Positions 44,008-57,119 of a stretch of DNA of 64,000 bases are shown here, one piece after another (positions within the stretch are counted from its first letter, which is position 1; every line of letters starts with the position of its first letter). The notes beneath the pieces were generated by a model. The model saw nothing but the letters and a program-made list of their open reading frames with translations, did no database searches and had not been told where the DNA came from. The position numbers were made by a program, and so were the translations under genes. The DNA lies in NCBI GenBank assembly GCA_977017575.1, contig CDRNVI010000044.1:248001-312000 (forward strand), given 5' to 3'. Source of the stretch: Paramoeba atlantica (lineage: Eukaryota; Protista; Discosea).

Positions 44008-47000
44008 TTGTTTATGGAGAGGACAACAGTAGGACACCACGTACAGATTACTTGCCTATGTGCTGAAAACCTTTTGAGTTCCTTTGATACTTGTACCGCG
44101 CCGAATTTGCATAAAAATGTCTCAGGCTACGCCTTCTGTCTAGAAAAACTCGAAAGATCTGCTGATGATTTAATTCTGATAGCTTTGAAAGCGGTCAGAG
44201 GAGATAACTCTGGTGGGGCACAGCTAGCTCGCTTAAGAGATGTGGCTTGTAGGCTTTGGAATTCTGTGGCTAAAACAAGTTCGTTGAGCAAAATGGTAAG
44301 GGATTCTGAAGTACTCAATCGCGAACAGCTTGAAGGCCGAACACGCACTTTAGCGCTCACTTTTTATTGGTTGGGACACGCTTTTGCCCTACAGAACACC
44401 CTACGAGACAATCACGATAATGCAGTCAAGTACTGTACTGAAATGTGTCGTATGTTATGTAAGTCGGCGACAACATATACTGAAAATGGAAATCATCAGT
44501 GGGCAATCAAAACTTTAAAATGTGCATCACAATACGGAGAACTGCTTAGTCATGTTTTGTCACTGAATTGTGGCGACTCTGAAATCGTAGTCGACGATAG
44601 CGGAATAAACCGCCTTCCTGATTTTATTCACGATCAGATTTTATCGTGTTTGAGTGAAATACATTTATGTACACTGAGCGCATTGGATTCTAACTGGCAA
44701 GTAGGGCACTGCGTGAAGTATATGAAGCAGCTTGTACAAGCCTTGTTAGTTTCTTCGGGCAAATATTTTTCCAGTTCTCGAACCAATGCGTGTTTTAGCT
44801 CGAACATAGCTATTCCCACAAAAAATGGATACCTTGCTATAGAACCTACGACCAGCTCGTTTCATATAATTCACCAAATGTCATGGTCTGATAGCGTTCC
44901 CTTTTTGCCGGATTCCTGTGTGCCTCAGGTCGCCCGTGCTGTGATAGAAATAATTCGAACACGTTTACCAGAAAGTGCTTTAATAACATGGAAGAAAAAT
45001 GATCAAGACGAAAGTGAAAACCAGATTCAATATTCTCGTTCTAATTCTCCATTGAAAGGCCGAAAACAAGTTGAGTGTAGCATTCAATGTGCATGTTGTA
45101 TAGATGAAGCAAGTAAGTTGCATGTAAATCTGTTGGATGACTCAAAATCGTCTCCTAGCCAGACGCACAAGGTTACGCCTGATTATTTTTCCATGGGAGA
45201 TAACAGTACCAGCTCGGACACGGCCGTTATGTGCTTGCATATTGAACTTGTTGCGTACCTTATAGTGCTTCTTCGAAAAAAATTGTTGCTGCCACCTTCG
45301 GCGATGGAGTTAGATGTTTTTCGTGGATGTGTTCTTGAACGTCCGACAGAATGTCGGGATGCAATAGTGGAAGACGAGAGCATATGTTCTCCAGGTACTT
45401 CTGTTGTTGAATCTCGTGAAATTATCGATGATAAGCACACCCTATTAGGTGGTACTCATTCAGATCTTGAGAATAAGAGCCCTAATTCACGTACACATTT
45501 AGGCAAATCACTAAGCCTTAGTCTTCGGAAGTACTTGCTTAAAGCGTATCGAACATTGACAGTTTTGTTGCAAACCAGCACTTCAGGAAATGTAAGTGTT
45601 ATTTCTCAGGCTCTTCGGGAAGCGCTGGACGTGAAACTCACCTCTGATATCGGGGTAGAGTTTTGTCGTGCTCTTTGTGATGAGAATCGTTTCGAGGAAG
45701 CGCATCACTTTTATACTGATATGATTCATTTTCCAGACCACCTTTTGAAGCATGCATCTAAAGCCGGTATATATTTTCTAGGAGCTCTTATTCAGGATCA
45801 ACTCACAGACAAAGGGTTCACTTCAATCTTTGAGAGCACATACCATATTTTACGGGAGACGCTAATATCTGAAATTCCTCCTGAAAACAAACACGAAGTA
45901 GCATTCGCCTATTTCGAGCTTGTAGAGTTATTGTGCAGATACGATTGGACCAGAAGCAAAGCTGTGGATCTAGTTCGTGATCTCTCGCATGGGTATTATT
46001 ATGCCTCCTCCACAGATTACATGAAGCCCCGCTATTCTTCAATTCATGAATACATGCTTTCATCCTTTGGGGATAACATAGTGGCATCTTTGGCATGGTT
46101 ACCCGAGAATACAAGGTGTCGCTTCACGCATTTATTTTGGGATTTATCTAAAGTTCGGGGGCCGATAGCTACAGATAAGCTTACAGATTTCGTCAACAAT
46201 ATTGAACCGAACAAAGCGCCCTCCGCCCTACAACTACATGTAATCACATGGATCATGTGTGCACAATGCTTCTGTGAAGCAGGAAATCCGCATGACTTAG
46301 CGAAGCTTCTTCGGCAGCTAACCCGTGAATACATGTCTTTAGGCGAGAAATCATCTTCCATCGTGCTATCACGAGCATTGGCTATCGAGCCGCAAAATGT
46401 ACATGGACAATATTTACGAATGCAGCTTGCGATGGAAGAAAACGATTTAATCGTAGCAGAACAAGCTCTTCTCGAAATTGCAGCACGTGGAGAGCCCCAT
46501 CATCCTCCATGTTCTCTCTGGCTGCTTATTATTGCCATGGAAAGGGTCAGTTTTCAGTTTGTTGCAAAGCATTGATGCATATTTTAGACCACCCAGATTC
46601 TTTTAACTCTGTTCCCGTTTCGACAAGGCGCCTTCTTCTACGCAATTTTGTTCTACGCTCGGACTCCACAGATGAAGGCGGGTCCGTTCACTCACACAAT
46701 CTCTGGGCTGCCAAGAAGTACATCTTTCTTTCTCGAGAGTTATGGACGCGAAACGACTCCGAAATTGGATCTAAGGCTGCTCCGACAAGTGCGTTCTTTG
46801 ATTCAAACAGCGTGGATGAGCTTGATTGGTGGCATCAAAGGACGCACGCGTCAGCAGCTGCTCTTCTTTCTGGGGAGAACTTATCGAGAGCAGTTGAAGG
46901 ATTCTTCATGGCTGCTCAGCTTGGAAGAATTCTACGATGCGCTAAAGTAAAAAATGCCACTGAAAAGTACCTGTCGTCTTTTCTTGGATTTCTTATCACC

Positions 47001-47837
47001 CTAGTTCGTATATACGACGGCTCTACTGAAGGAACATTTGCTAATGAAATTTTTCGTTCCCTAGAGAAAACGGAAGAAGAGTTTATAGAAGAAGCTACCC
47101 AATCTGTGCCGGGGGATTATTTGAAACGTGTTCTAAAGCAGATTGATGAAGCGATGTTTATGAGTCAGGAATTACGAAGCTTTCAAAATGCCACTCAGGA
47201 TCCGTCTGTAGAGGAATCAACAGACACTCAATTGGGCTCTATTCTTTCGTTTTTATATGCGTGTATGGCTATTCGGGGAGAAATTGATGCAGAAGAAGTT
47301 CGAAATGCGATTTTTCACATACCCGATCAAGTGAATTTTTCTGAAGATTGGCTCTATCTGGTTGACGTTCTCTGCCGAGGATCTACTGTAAAGCCCGAGT
47401 ATGTTGACGTCCTTCGCATGACTCTTCGAAAAGTATTAAACATATTTAGAACGGTGAATAGCAGTGATTCTGCAAATTCCGAAAAGAAGACGAAGATCTT
47501 ATTGACTCTTTACCGGACACAATTCGAATTTTGCATTTTGTCGCGCACGGACCAACTTCAAACTCTTCAAGACGTTACCGAAACAATTTCTCCAGATTCG
47601 AGTATGTCAAGCGAATTTAGGGATAACTGTATAGAGAATGAAATCAAGTGGTTTGTTGTAGTGGCATGGAACGCAGGGACACAGTTGTGGCATTTAAACA
47701 TGACCGACTTTGCCACCAACTTTCTTCAGTTGGCCTTTACTCTGGCGAAGCGTCTTCCATCTCATGATTGCTTGTTCGCCGAAATATGCCCACAGTTCGA
47801 AGCCGTTATGGAGATTGGAAGACAGCAAAATAAATAA
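44008..47837 (+). CDS. ZIP4: Meiotic ZMM TPR protein ZIP4/SPO22/TEX11-like, split by one frameshift near 46500
   Basis: ACRLWN near the N-terminus, TPR-like helices, FSLAA...ALMHIL after the frame change, and C-terminal EIKWFVVVAWNAG. The 855-aa and 442-aa ORFs overlap. Confidence 0.65.
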
Positions 47838-48353
47838 GTCTACGGATGTGAGTTTAAAGGTGTGTCAATTGCCACTCTCAATGGCGCTGTCCATCCTCGT
47901 GTCGATCATAACAATTTTTCTTGCTATAGACATCTCGTTTGTTTTTCTGGAGTTAGAGCCATTCAAAAATACTTTTTTATCTTGCCCATCTTTTTTTCTG
48001 TTCCATATTTCAATCTTGCTCTACAGTGAAGCAATTGGCTACTTGAGAATGTGAGATTGGAAATTCAAAACATCAGATACAAATACGTTTACTACATAAA
48101 ATGGTGAAATCACATTCACAGAAAGCTTCCCTATGACGATGCAATGATTTAAAGCTTGTTTCACATTCTCGCTAAAAAATATTTATAGTACTAATATTCC
48201 TGGAGTGCCAATTTTAACAAACACAGTCACGTTGTAAATGAAGGGTTATCCGTAAAAAAAAATGAAACTTCCACATTTGACGCAAAAAATAAATTGATGC
48301 ATGATTCCCAGATTCATCATCATAACCCTCTACTCCTCCTCCTCGCACAATAA

Positions 48354-48980
<627 letters not shown>

Positions 48981-49347
48981 AAAGGGGGGGGTGCGTACAG
49001 GGTAAAAAACGAAAACAGGGGTTGGGAGTGCTGCTTTTATAAGGGAGTGATTTTGTGTTTGTTATTTAGAAAATGTGTATTTTTGATGACTTTCAGTTTC
49101 AGTGTACGAGAGGGGCGTGTTATGCCCTAGCCTTGGATTTGGGTCCTAAGGAACAAATGAACCGGTAGGTCTTTCTGCCCCGGACCTATCTGGTAAATTT
49201 AAATCAAGCAGGTACCTATTTTTCTAATGCAGAATCGTGTGTATTGACGGTGTGTGTACTCGTTTTTTGACAATAACTTACTCGAAAAAAAATTCGGATA
49301 CTAGCCCAAAAACAGCTCATACCCCTTTTGACCTTTTTACTTGATTC

Positions 49348-50637
49348 ATGAAATCACATTCAAACCTTGGATCCAAACATAAGAAAAAGGCTTCTCATGG
49401 TCCACGGCGCCACATAGTCCGGAAGAAGAAAACAAAGCCCTCGTGGATTCTTGCACTCGCTCGAAAGGCCCGGGAGACGGAAGAACCGACATCCGATTCT
49501 AATTCGCTCCAGGCCAAAAGAAATTTTTCAGATCTTCTTGAGGGGTCCAACTGCAGTAGCTCTGGTGACAGTGAGAATGAGCAAACTTCACTTCGCAAAC
49601 TCGTCTCTCATAAGGAAAGAGTAAAATTGATGAGGAACAAATTTCCGGCCGAAAACGGAGTATTTCTGAGACAGCTTCCTACCGATTTATCTGAGGAAGA
49701 TATTCGAGAGTTCATGAAAGCGTACGGCGAAGTACGACGCGTTTTTGTGGTCTTGGATTCTCGTACTCAGATATCTCGGGGATCAGCCTTTGTGTATTTT
49801 TGTAAGGCAGAAGAAGCACAAGAGGTGCTAGCGTGCGCTACAAGAAACAAAACAAGTAGTGAAGCGAGCGAGCTACAAGGAGAGTCCCAATCTGAAAAGA
49901 CGAAATGGAAATCACACAGAATTGAAAAGAAGGAGATATTCGGACGTGCCCAACTTGGCCAGAATGCTCCTGACCATATTCAAAAACCATTTTTGATATT
50001 CGGGGAAAGACGTGTAGAATGTCTCCCCGTTGAGGCAAAAAATAAGATGAAGACTCAAACTAGCGAAAAAGTCGGTGAAACGACTACTACGCAAAAAACA
50101 AAGGCCACAACGCAAGATAACAGAAATCTTTACCTCCTTGGGGAAGGCTACATTACCGCTTCAGACTCCTCTGCTGTCGGTGTTTCTCCAAGTGATATAC
50201 GGCAGCGGGAACAATTGATCGCGATTCGAATGAAAAAGCTCAAAAACTTGAGTTATCACGTATCTCGTACCAGACTTTGTGTCCATAACATCCCTTTGAA
50301 TGAATCACAAGAAAACCTGTGCGATTTGTTTTCAAAATATGGAACGCCAACCGATGTAAGGTTAATGATGGAACATGCAGATTCGGAAATTTCAAAGGGG
50401 TTTGCGTTTGTGGAATTTGCCACGCATGAAGAAGCGCTCAAGACGCTGAGAGAGCTGAACAATAATCCCCATATATGGGGTTCAAAACGTCGCCCTATTG
50501 TTGAATTTTCTCTTCAAAGTGTACAGGTTTTGAAAAAGCTGGAGGCCAGAAAAAGTGAAAAGCTTGCGAAGTCCACTCAGAAGAATCATAAAGGTGGTAA
50601 AAGAAAAACTCGATTTTACGTCAAAAATAGAGACTAG
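49348..50637 (+). CDS. NOP4: Nucleolar RRM protein RBM28/Nop4-like (two RRMs)
   Basis: RRMs with SRGSAFV and SKGFAFVEF, linker DNRNLYL..EG, SRTRLCVHNIP and RPIVEFS. Confidence 0.8.
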   Translation: MKSHSNLGSKHKKKASHGPRRHIVRKKKTKPSWILALARKARETEEPTSDSNSLQAKRNFSDLLEGSNCSSSGDSENEQTSLRKLVSHKERVKLMRNKFPAENGVFLRQLPTDLSEEDIREFMKAYGEVRRVFVVLDSRTQISRGSAFVYFCKAEEAQEVLACATRNKTSSEASELQGESQSEKTKWKSHRIEKKEIFGRAQLGQNAPDHIQKPFLIFGERRVECLPVEAKNKMKTQTSEKVGETTTTQKTKATTQDNRNLYLLGEGYITASDSSAVGVSPSDIRQREQLIAIRMKKLKNLSYHVSRTRLCVHNIPLNESQENLCDLFSKYGTPTDVRLMMEHADSEISKGFAFVEFATHEEALKTLRELNNNPHIWGSKRRPIVEFSLQSVQVLKKLEARKSEKLAKSTQKNHKGGKRKTRFYVKNRD

Positions 50638-50836
50638 GCTAAGAATGTGGATGCTCTCAATGCACTAGCTTTTAGGGAAAAAAACTAGCTTTAGTTGTGT
50701 TGTTCTACTAATCAACCGTAGCTTTATTCTATATCCTAGGTAGCTATAGAAAGTCTTAAAGTTTTAAAGTGTATTGTATGGAATATGCTACTTGTGGAAT
50801 ATACAATTTTATGATATAATACATCTGTAACCATTT

Positions 50837-53800
50837 ATGAAGGATACAAGCAACTCTGAGGAAGATGCCCCGGTCTTTTACCACAAAACCTTAATAGAGC
50901 CAACTCGGATTCTTCATCTTGCACAAGGGAACTTCATCAGTGCGGAAACACAGCATGTGGTAGCCTGTCATGGAGAGAGCCTGACGATTTGGGACAAAGA
51001 GGATATTATCAGAAAAGCACAAGATGCACTCCCTTCGAGAAAGAAGGAATCATCCAGTTTAGCCTTGCTATCACGTCCTGAGCCCGAGACTCCATTTTCC
51101 CCCTTATACTCCATTGCACTTCATTTCGGTAAAGTTGAGGAAATGCAAGTCATCCCGATGTTAACAAATGAAGTATTAGACTACATTAGCAAGCCTCTGT
51201 GGGAGAGGGGAAAATCGGGAAAGCGGCCCAAGGGCAAGGAAATACCCGACTTAAGTAGTCTGTCTGCTATTCTGATTCTATTTCCTAGGTACGCTCAAGT
51301 ATGGGCATACGACCACACAGAGAGAGGCTTTAGGGCAGTGTATAGCTACGATAGCCTTGGGGAGGCAGGAGCCCCAGCGACGACTCCGTGCTCTACTTTT
51401 CACTCCGAAAGTACATCGCTTATACAATTCGCCACAATTGGAAACTTGTGTGTCACGAGATGGTATGCGGAGCCTAAGGATTTGATGAAGACCACAGGAA
51501 GAAAAGTTCGGCTAGCCGAATTTCAACCGCTGCAGCAAGATACGGTTCCCATTGACCGGGAGTTCGTTTCCCTATGTGCGCACCCCGGATTTTCCACTGA
51601 GAAGCGTATTCTGCTCTCCGCGATATCGAGGAATTACTCTGATCAACGAGACTTTCTCATGTATGATTTTGCCATTACGAAAAATACCTTCCCCCGGTTG
51701 TTATACAGGATAGGAATGGATAATATGGATCCCACAGCGAATCTCATTATCCCTCTCTCTCGCACTAAAGTACTACTGGTGGGAGATAGTAAGGTCACGT
51801 TCGTCGAAAAGGATGGACTCCTGGTTGCGCATCCCTTTTTTGAAGACATAGAAGATATCGATCCAGAGGACACATTGGACCGAAGTGCCCCTCCCACGTC
51901 CTGGACCCGACTTTCCGAAAACCGATACCTGGTCGGGAACCTCAATGGCCTACTGTTTGGCGTCACGGTTGATCCTTCAGCAAAAGATTCTGTTCCCGTT
52001 GAAACGAAGCATCTGGAGCTGATTCCTTCTCCAACAACCTTGCTTCGGCTAAATAACACGTCCGAGACGAATATGATTCTTGTCGGTAGTAAATTAGGTG
52101 ACAGTGTGTTTCTTTTTCTACCAAGTCACATGGAGCGAACTTCTCAAAAGTCATCAAGGAGGAGAGATACAAATAAGAATTCGCCTTTGCCCGAATCGCG
52201 GGGTCAAGTAGTGACTTTCCTACCCAATCTTGGTCCAATTTTGGATATGACGCATATGGCCAATCAACCGGATGAGCCTTCCAGTTTGCTCCTGTGTGGA
52301 GGAGGTTTGAAGGATGGATCTCTTCGTATTGTGGATTTCGGTGTCTCGCTGCAACCCGGAGAAATTGTTTCTCTGATAGAAGGGGCGAACCGCATGTCTC
52401 ATGTGGAAATAAGAGATTCGACAGGATTGTGGAGTCATGTTATCATAAACACAATATCCGAAGCGATTGGTCTCACTTTCTATTCTGAGGAAGTGAAACG
52501 AGAAAAATTGACCTACTTGAACTATGATAATCCAACCATATGTTTAGGAAGGACTTTGACAGATATGAACATTCAATCCTTCGGACTCATTCAGGTAACC
52601 CCAGAATCTATTGTGGGTTGTGATTTTAATTCTGGCCGACCATTCTTTCAAATTCTCCCACCGGAGGAAGAGAATATCACACTGGCCACGATTGCACACA
52701 ACATGGTGCTGTTCGCAACGTATCGCCACCTCTTTCTGCATTCATTCAGTGATGAACCGTATGAAACCAAGCAATACAGTTTCAAAAATGCTATTTACTC
52801 CTCTGATGATGACATTGCAAGCATAGGTTTCTTTTTTAGCCCCGAAACGAAGAATACGGTATGTGCCCTCAGTACCTGGGGAGAAACAGCAATAAACTTA
52901 CTTATTCAATCGAAAAAATCTCCAATGCGCAAGCACACCTTGAAAACCGAAACCTCTTCTCGATATCTACACTTCTGCAATTGGGCGGGTTCCCTCTATC
53001 TTTTCACAGTTCTTCAATCAGGCTGTCTACAATGGTGGCGCATTCACTTTGGTGAGAAGGATATTTTATGTGGCACTGCGCGATATTTGCACTTAGGCCC
53101 TGGAGAGTACTCCATCTCTGACTTTGATGCCACATGTTTTTGTATCATTGGTCCAAGCACACGCGTGGTTCATTTTGCCGATGGCGATGTTGCCGTGAAT
53201 AAAGTGACTGTTCCCTCTTTGCATGGATTATGCTCAATACATGGAACTCAAAACGAAAAAATTGATGCCCCACGTTCTTTGCTTTTCCTAACTGAGTCGG
53301 GCGTTTTGCAGAGGGCCACGTTGGGCTCACTACAGCCTTTTACCGCTCAAACCGCGGCACTCGCGGAGGCCCCAGTAAAGGTACGATCTCTCTCAAACTA
53401 TCCTGGGTGGATTAGTTTACTTACCCGACGATATCCTGGCGTTCCTCATTTAGATGGGATCTCCTCCCTGGAAGTCCGAGATACGATTCGTATTGTGGAT
53501 GTAAACGAGTGGGAGGAATTAGCCTCGTACGCTCTAGATGCGAAGTCTAGCGAAATGGCTATGGCGCTACATGTGGGACAGTTGGGAGTGGGGAACGATA
53601 AACAAGAATATGTGATTGTAGCAACCGCACATGCCGATGTAGAAGAAGTGATGTCACAAACCGGCCGAATTATGGTATTTCAAGTGGAAAGCGATGGTCA
53701 TTTGCATCCCTGTACCGTGCTGACAGAGCCCAGTGGGGTGCAAGCGCTGGAGACCATCCAGGGTAGACTCGTGGCAGCGTTGGGTGCGAAAGTTACGATT

Positions 53801-54589
53801 TATCGGTGGGAGGAAACCAGTGGTAATACACGTGAACTCCATAAAGAGTGTTTCCTCAACATTAATGTCATGCCCACTTGTTTGCACGCTGAGTCAGATA
53901 GTGGTCTTCTCATGGCTGGTGACATTTCTCGTTCTCTGGCGCTATGCCAATATCATGATTTGCGCGGCTCTCTGGAATATTTGGCGGAGGACGTTGTACC
54001 TCAGTGGGTTACAGCTGTTGCAGGTACGCCACAAAATACGAAAGACGGTGTTTATTATTTTACCTCCTTTGATAGCATGAACAATTTGACAATCTCAAAT
54101 AAACCTAACCAACATACGGAGAGCAAAAAGTCCCAAAAATTACGGATACTGGCTCGTTTTAATGTGGGAGACTTTATTAATCGGGCTATTCTTAACTGCT
54201 TTGGAGCCCACTCGGCAACGCCCAGTTCAGCGTCACTTATTTATGCAAAGAACGGCCTTCTGTACGGAGGGGTCAGTGGGTCTTTATCGATGCTTGTTCC
54301 GCTGGAAGGGCACAGAGGCACAACGGGCCTCGACATGATTCGACACATTGGTGAACGAATGGCACCTTTGGAGACGTGGATGATCCGTCGTCAGTACCAG
54401 TTGAAGCGCTCGTTTGCCCCATCCGAGGGAGTTGTGGACGGTGATCTTCTGAACACGTTCCGCTACCTCTCCTTCCCGGAGCAGGAGGACATTGTGGAAG
54501 ATATGAACGGGTATCGAAACCCAGAGATCGAAACGCACACTGTGGAGTCGCTGCAACATCTTGTGGACGAGCTTACACAACTGTGGTAA
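50837..54589 (+). CDS. DDB1: DNA damage-binding protein 1 (CUL4 adaptor, triple beta-propeller)
   Basis: VGSKLGDS, NLGPILDM, GGLKDGSLRI, GRLVAALG, GDISRSL, FNVGDFIN and VVDGDLL in a 1250-aa ORF. Confidence 0.85.
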   Translation: MKDTSNSEEDAPVFYHKTLIEPTRILHLAQGNFISAETQHVVACHGESLTIWDKEDIIRKAQDALPSRKKESSSLALLSRPEPETPFSPLYSIALHFGKVEEMQVIPMLTNEVLDYISKPLWERGKSGKRPKGKEIPDLSSLSAILILFPRYAQVWAYDHTERGFRAVYSYDSLGEAGAPATTPCSTFHSESTSLIQFATIGNLCVTRWYAEPKDLMKTTGRKVRLAEFQPLQQDTVPIDREFVSLCAHPGFSTEKRILLSAISRNYSDQRDFLMYDFAITKNTFPRLLYRIGMDNMDPTANLIIPLSRTKVLLVGDSKVTFVEKDGLLVAHPFFEDIEDIDPEDTLDRSAPPTSWTRLSENRYLVGNLNGLLFGVTVDPSAKDSVPVETKHLELIPSPTTLLRLNNTSETNMILVGSKLGDSVFLFLPSHMERTSQKSSRRRDTNKNSPLPESRGQVVTFLPNLGPILDMTHMANQPDEPSSLLLCGGGLKDGSLRIVDFGVSLQPGEIVSLIEGANRMSHVEIRDSTGLWSHVIINTISEAIGLTFYSEEVKREKLTYLNYDNPTICLGRTLTDMNIQSFGLIQVTPESIVGCDFNSGRPFFQILPPEEENITLATIAHNMVLFATYRHLFLHSFSDEPYETKQYSFKNAIYSSDDDIASIGFFFSPETKNTVCALSTWGETAINLLIQSKKSPMRKHTLKTETSSRYLHFCNWAGSLYLFTVLQSGCLQWWRIHFGEKDILCGTARYLHLGPGEYSISDFDATCFCIIGPSTRVVHFADGDVAVNKVTVPSLHGLCSIHGTQNEKIDAPRSLLFLTESGVLQRATLGSLQPFTAQTAALAEAPVKVRSLSNYPGWISLLTRRYPGVPHLDGISSLEVRDTIRIVDVNEWEELASYALDAKSSEMAMALHVGQLGVGNDKQEYVIVATAHADVEEVMSQTGRIMVFQVESDGHLHPCTVLTEPSGVQALETIQGRLVAALGAKVTIYRWEETSGNTRELHKECFLNINVMPTCLHAESDSGLLMAGDISRSLALCQYHDLRGSLEYLAEDVVPQWVTAVAGTPQNTKDGVYYFTSFDSMNNLTISNKPNQHTESKKSQKLRILARFNVGDFINRAILNCFGAHSATPSSASLIYAKNGLLYGGVSGSLSMLVPLEGHRGTTGLDMIRHIGERMAPLETWMIRRQYQLKRSFAPSEGVVDGDLLNTFRYLSFPEQEDIVEDMNGYRNPEIETHTVESLQHLVDELTQLW

Positions 54590-54978
54590 TCTTCACCCAG
54601 TGCCATAGATGTGAAAATGCTCAACTAACCAGGGACTATTTACAATATTAGTGCTACGAAACTCGAAACATGAAAGATGGCAAATCACAGTGTTCGTCGC
54701 ACCCCATAGATTAGTTTGCCTGCAATAGCTAGACAACTTGCAAGCCTGTATTTTTCTACACAAATTATATATTCGTTCACACAAATTTACATGAACGAGT
54801 ATCATAAGATTGCTGACCACATTTTTTTGCTTTCCAATGTGTAATTTTTATTGAGCTTAGCCCTGACTTTCCTTTTGATGTTATTCATGACTGCAATGGC
54901 GCAGGCTAGGCCTTGACCTTTCTGGGAAAATAATTTTTGGACACTTCAATTCATTGAGAAAAACAGTGGACTTCAAGA

Positions 54979-56850
54979 ATGATTGATACTGAAGCATCGT
55001 TAAAGGACTTAGAGACAGATGAACTTCTATTTGAGGAGTATGCCATCGACGACACTCTCAACCCCCTTGATCGTCTTGAAAGATATCACACCAGCGAATT
55101 TGCTTTGCAAAGGATGTTGCTAGCTCAAGATCTGGTTGAGACTTCTCAAGAAGCTGGGGCAAAAGAAACTTTAAATAGAATTTTACCGATATTGTCACAT
55201 TTTATTGCTGACAGCGAGCCGTCAGTACGACACGCAGTGGTGGAGCAATTTGCCCCTCTAGCTAATTTCTTGATGGGTAGCGTTGAAAGCGTGCAACACC
55301 AAGAAGTGATATATACGTTACTCCTACATGCCTTCGAGTTGACAAATGACCCGAATGCGGATGTTATCTCAGCTGCGGCTTCCTGCATCGTAGATCTTGG
55401 ACCACTGCTAGTACACGAGGATGTACCCAAAGACCTGTTATGTCCTATTCTGAATTTGACCGAAGCATCAAGAGGGGAAGAGTCTCGTGTGATCGCTTCG
55501 CAAATCTTAAACGACTTAGCCTCGCTCTTCGGGCCTCAAACTACGGAGGAAACTATTCTTCCGGTAATGCGAAAGCTATCGGAGGATTCTTCTTTCAACG
55601 TACGCAGAGGTGTAGCCTCCCACTTGGATAAAATGATGCAACTTCTGGGACCGGACAAGTCGCACGATTTACTTTTCCCCTTTTTCCGTTCCCTATGCAA
55701 GGACGAGATTTGGGGTGTGCGCAAGTCCTGCGCGGAAGCCTTGGTGAACATTTCTGAGGCTCTTGACGTGAAGCACCGCCATACCGAAATCTTTGAGATT
55801 TACCAAACACTATCGGAAGACTCCTCACGGTGGGTACGTCTAAGTGCAGCCCAGTGTCTTGGACCACTGCTTCACACAATACAACCGGAACACATCTCAC
55901 AATCCATGATTGCTCAGTTTACTTCATTAATGAGTCCCGAGGAAGACAGCGACAAAGAAATTTGCGGGATCTGCGCACACAACTTCCCTGCTGTGCTACA
56001 GCAAATTGGTCCGACACGGTGGTGCGAAGCGGAGAACTGTTTCCGACAATTTTTAGAGAGTAGTATCCCGAAAGTACGACATGCCACAGCCAGCGGGCTG
56101 CATGAAATTGTACGCGTGGTGAGCCCAGAGATCTCACAGGAGATAATGGTTCCTGCCTTTGAACAGTTTCTTCGTGACGCGGATGAGCTTAAGATTGCCG
56201 TCCTGCGACATTCTGATGAATTGGTAAAGGTCCTGTCCCCGGCATTGCGTGAGCGCGTACTTTTGTTAATCTGTGCGGTCCCAGGTGCCACAGAGAACTG
56301 GAGGGTTCGAGAATCCGTTGCGCGTTCTTTGTGTCATTTGACCGCGTTTACCACCCCAGAGTTTTGTTACCAGTACCTCGAGGAGCTCTCGATGCGGCTT
56401 CTTGAGGACAGTGTCGCGGATGTGCGTTCCCAGGGCGTGTGCGCGGTTGTGCAGGTGATGGCACAGCTCCACAGCACGCAGTCTAATTATCTCACCGAGA
56501 CGCTTTCTAATGTGCTGGAATATGCCACGAAACCGCACTATGCCTCTCGGATGCTTTTTGTGAAGATTTGTTTTGAGCTGTTAAGGAGCAACGCCGTGGA
56601 CTTATTTTTAGAGAATTTTTTACACGCCTTTGTGGGACTTGGTTCGGATACTGTAGTCAATGTACGCCTGGCGGTAGCGCGCGTGGTGTGCCCTTCATTG
56701 GATGCTAGCGCTAAACCAAATTTGGAAATTCGGACGTTACGGGAAAAGTTAAGTACGGATCATGACGTCGATGTTGTGGACTTCATCGCGAATCCTCCAT
56801 TCTGTACGGATGGGAAAGAGCAAAGAAGTTGTTGGTTCAGGAGGTCGTAA
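54979..56850 (+). CDS. HEAT-repeat phosphatase regulatory subunit, PP4R1-like (PP2A A-subunit family)
   Basis: DDTLNPLDRLERY, D..FNVRR, DEIWGVRKSCAE, D.SRWVR, NFPAVL..IG..RW, NWRVR, D.VADVR and VVNVRL. Confidence 0.8.
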   Translation: MIDTEASLKDLETDELLFEEYAIDDTLNPLDRLERYHTSEFALQRMLLAQDLVETSQEAGAKETLNRILPILSHFIADSEPSVRHAVVEQFAPLANFLMGSVESVQHQEVIYTLLLHAFELTNDPNADVISAAASCIVDLGPLLVHEDVPKDLLCPILNLTEASRGEESRVIASQILNDLASLFGPQTTEETILPVMRKLSEDSSFNVRRGVASHLDKMMQLLGPDKSHDLLFPFFRSLCKDEIWGVRKSCAEALVNISEALDVKHRHTEIFEIYQTLSEDSSRWVRLSAAQCLGPLLHTIQPEHISQSMIAQFTSLMSPEEDSDKEICGICAHNFPAVLQQIGPTRWCEAENCFRQFLESSIPKVRHATASGLHEIVRVVSPEISQEIMVPAFEQFLRDADELKIAVLRHSDELVKVLSPALRERVLLLICAVPGATENWRVRESVARSLCHLTAFTTPEFCYQYLEELSMRLLEDSVADVRSQGVCAVVQVMAQLHSTQSNYLTETLSNVLEYATKPHYASRMLFVKICFELLRSNAVDLFLENFLHAFVGLGSDTVVNVRLAVARVVCPSLDASAKPNLEIRTLREKLSTDHDVDVVDFIANPPFCTDGKEQRSCWFRRS

Positions 56851-57119
56851 AATCGTGTTGTATCCATACCATTCACAAAAGCGCATCTTGATTTATTGCT
56901 CGGCTTTAATATTTCCCATAAAGAATTCACAATTGCGTTTTTAGACGTAAAGAACTGTATTAGTATGCTAATTCTTCATAGTTTTTAGTATTTTTATCTT
57001 TGCCAGAGTTGGTGCTGGTTTGATATCTTATTGTAGGCGTGAAAATTTCCTTAATCTCTATATTTTATTCGTAATGTGCTCATCTCTTCATTTTTACTAC
57101 TGTACTGTATATTCACATC

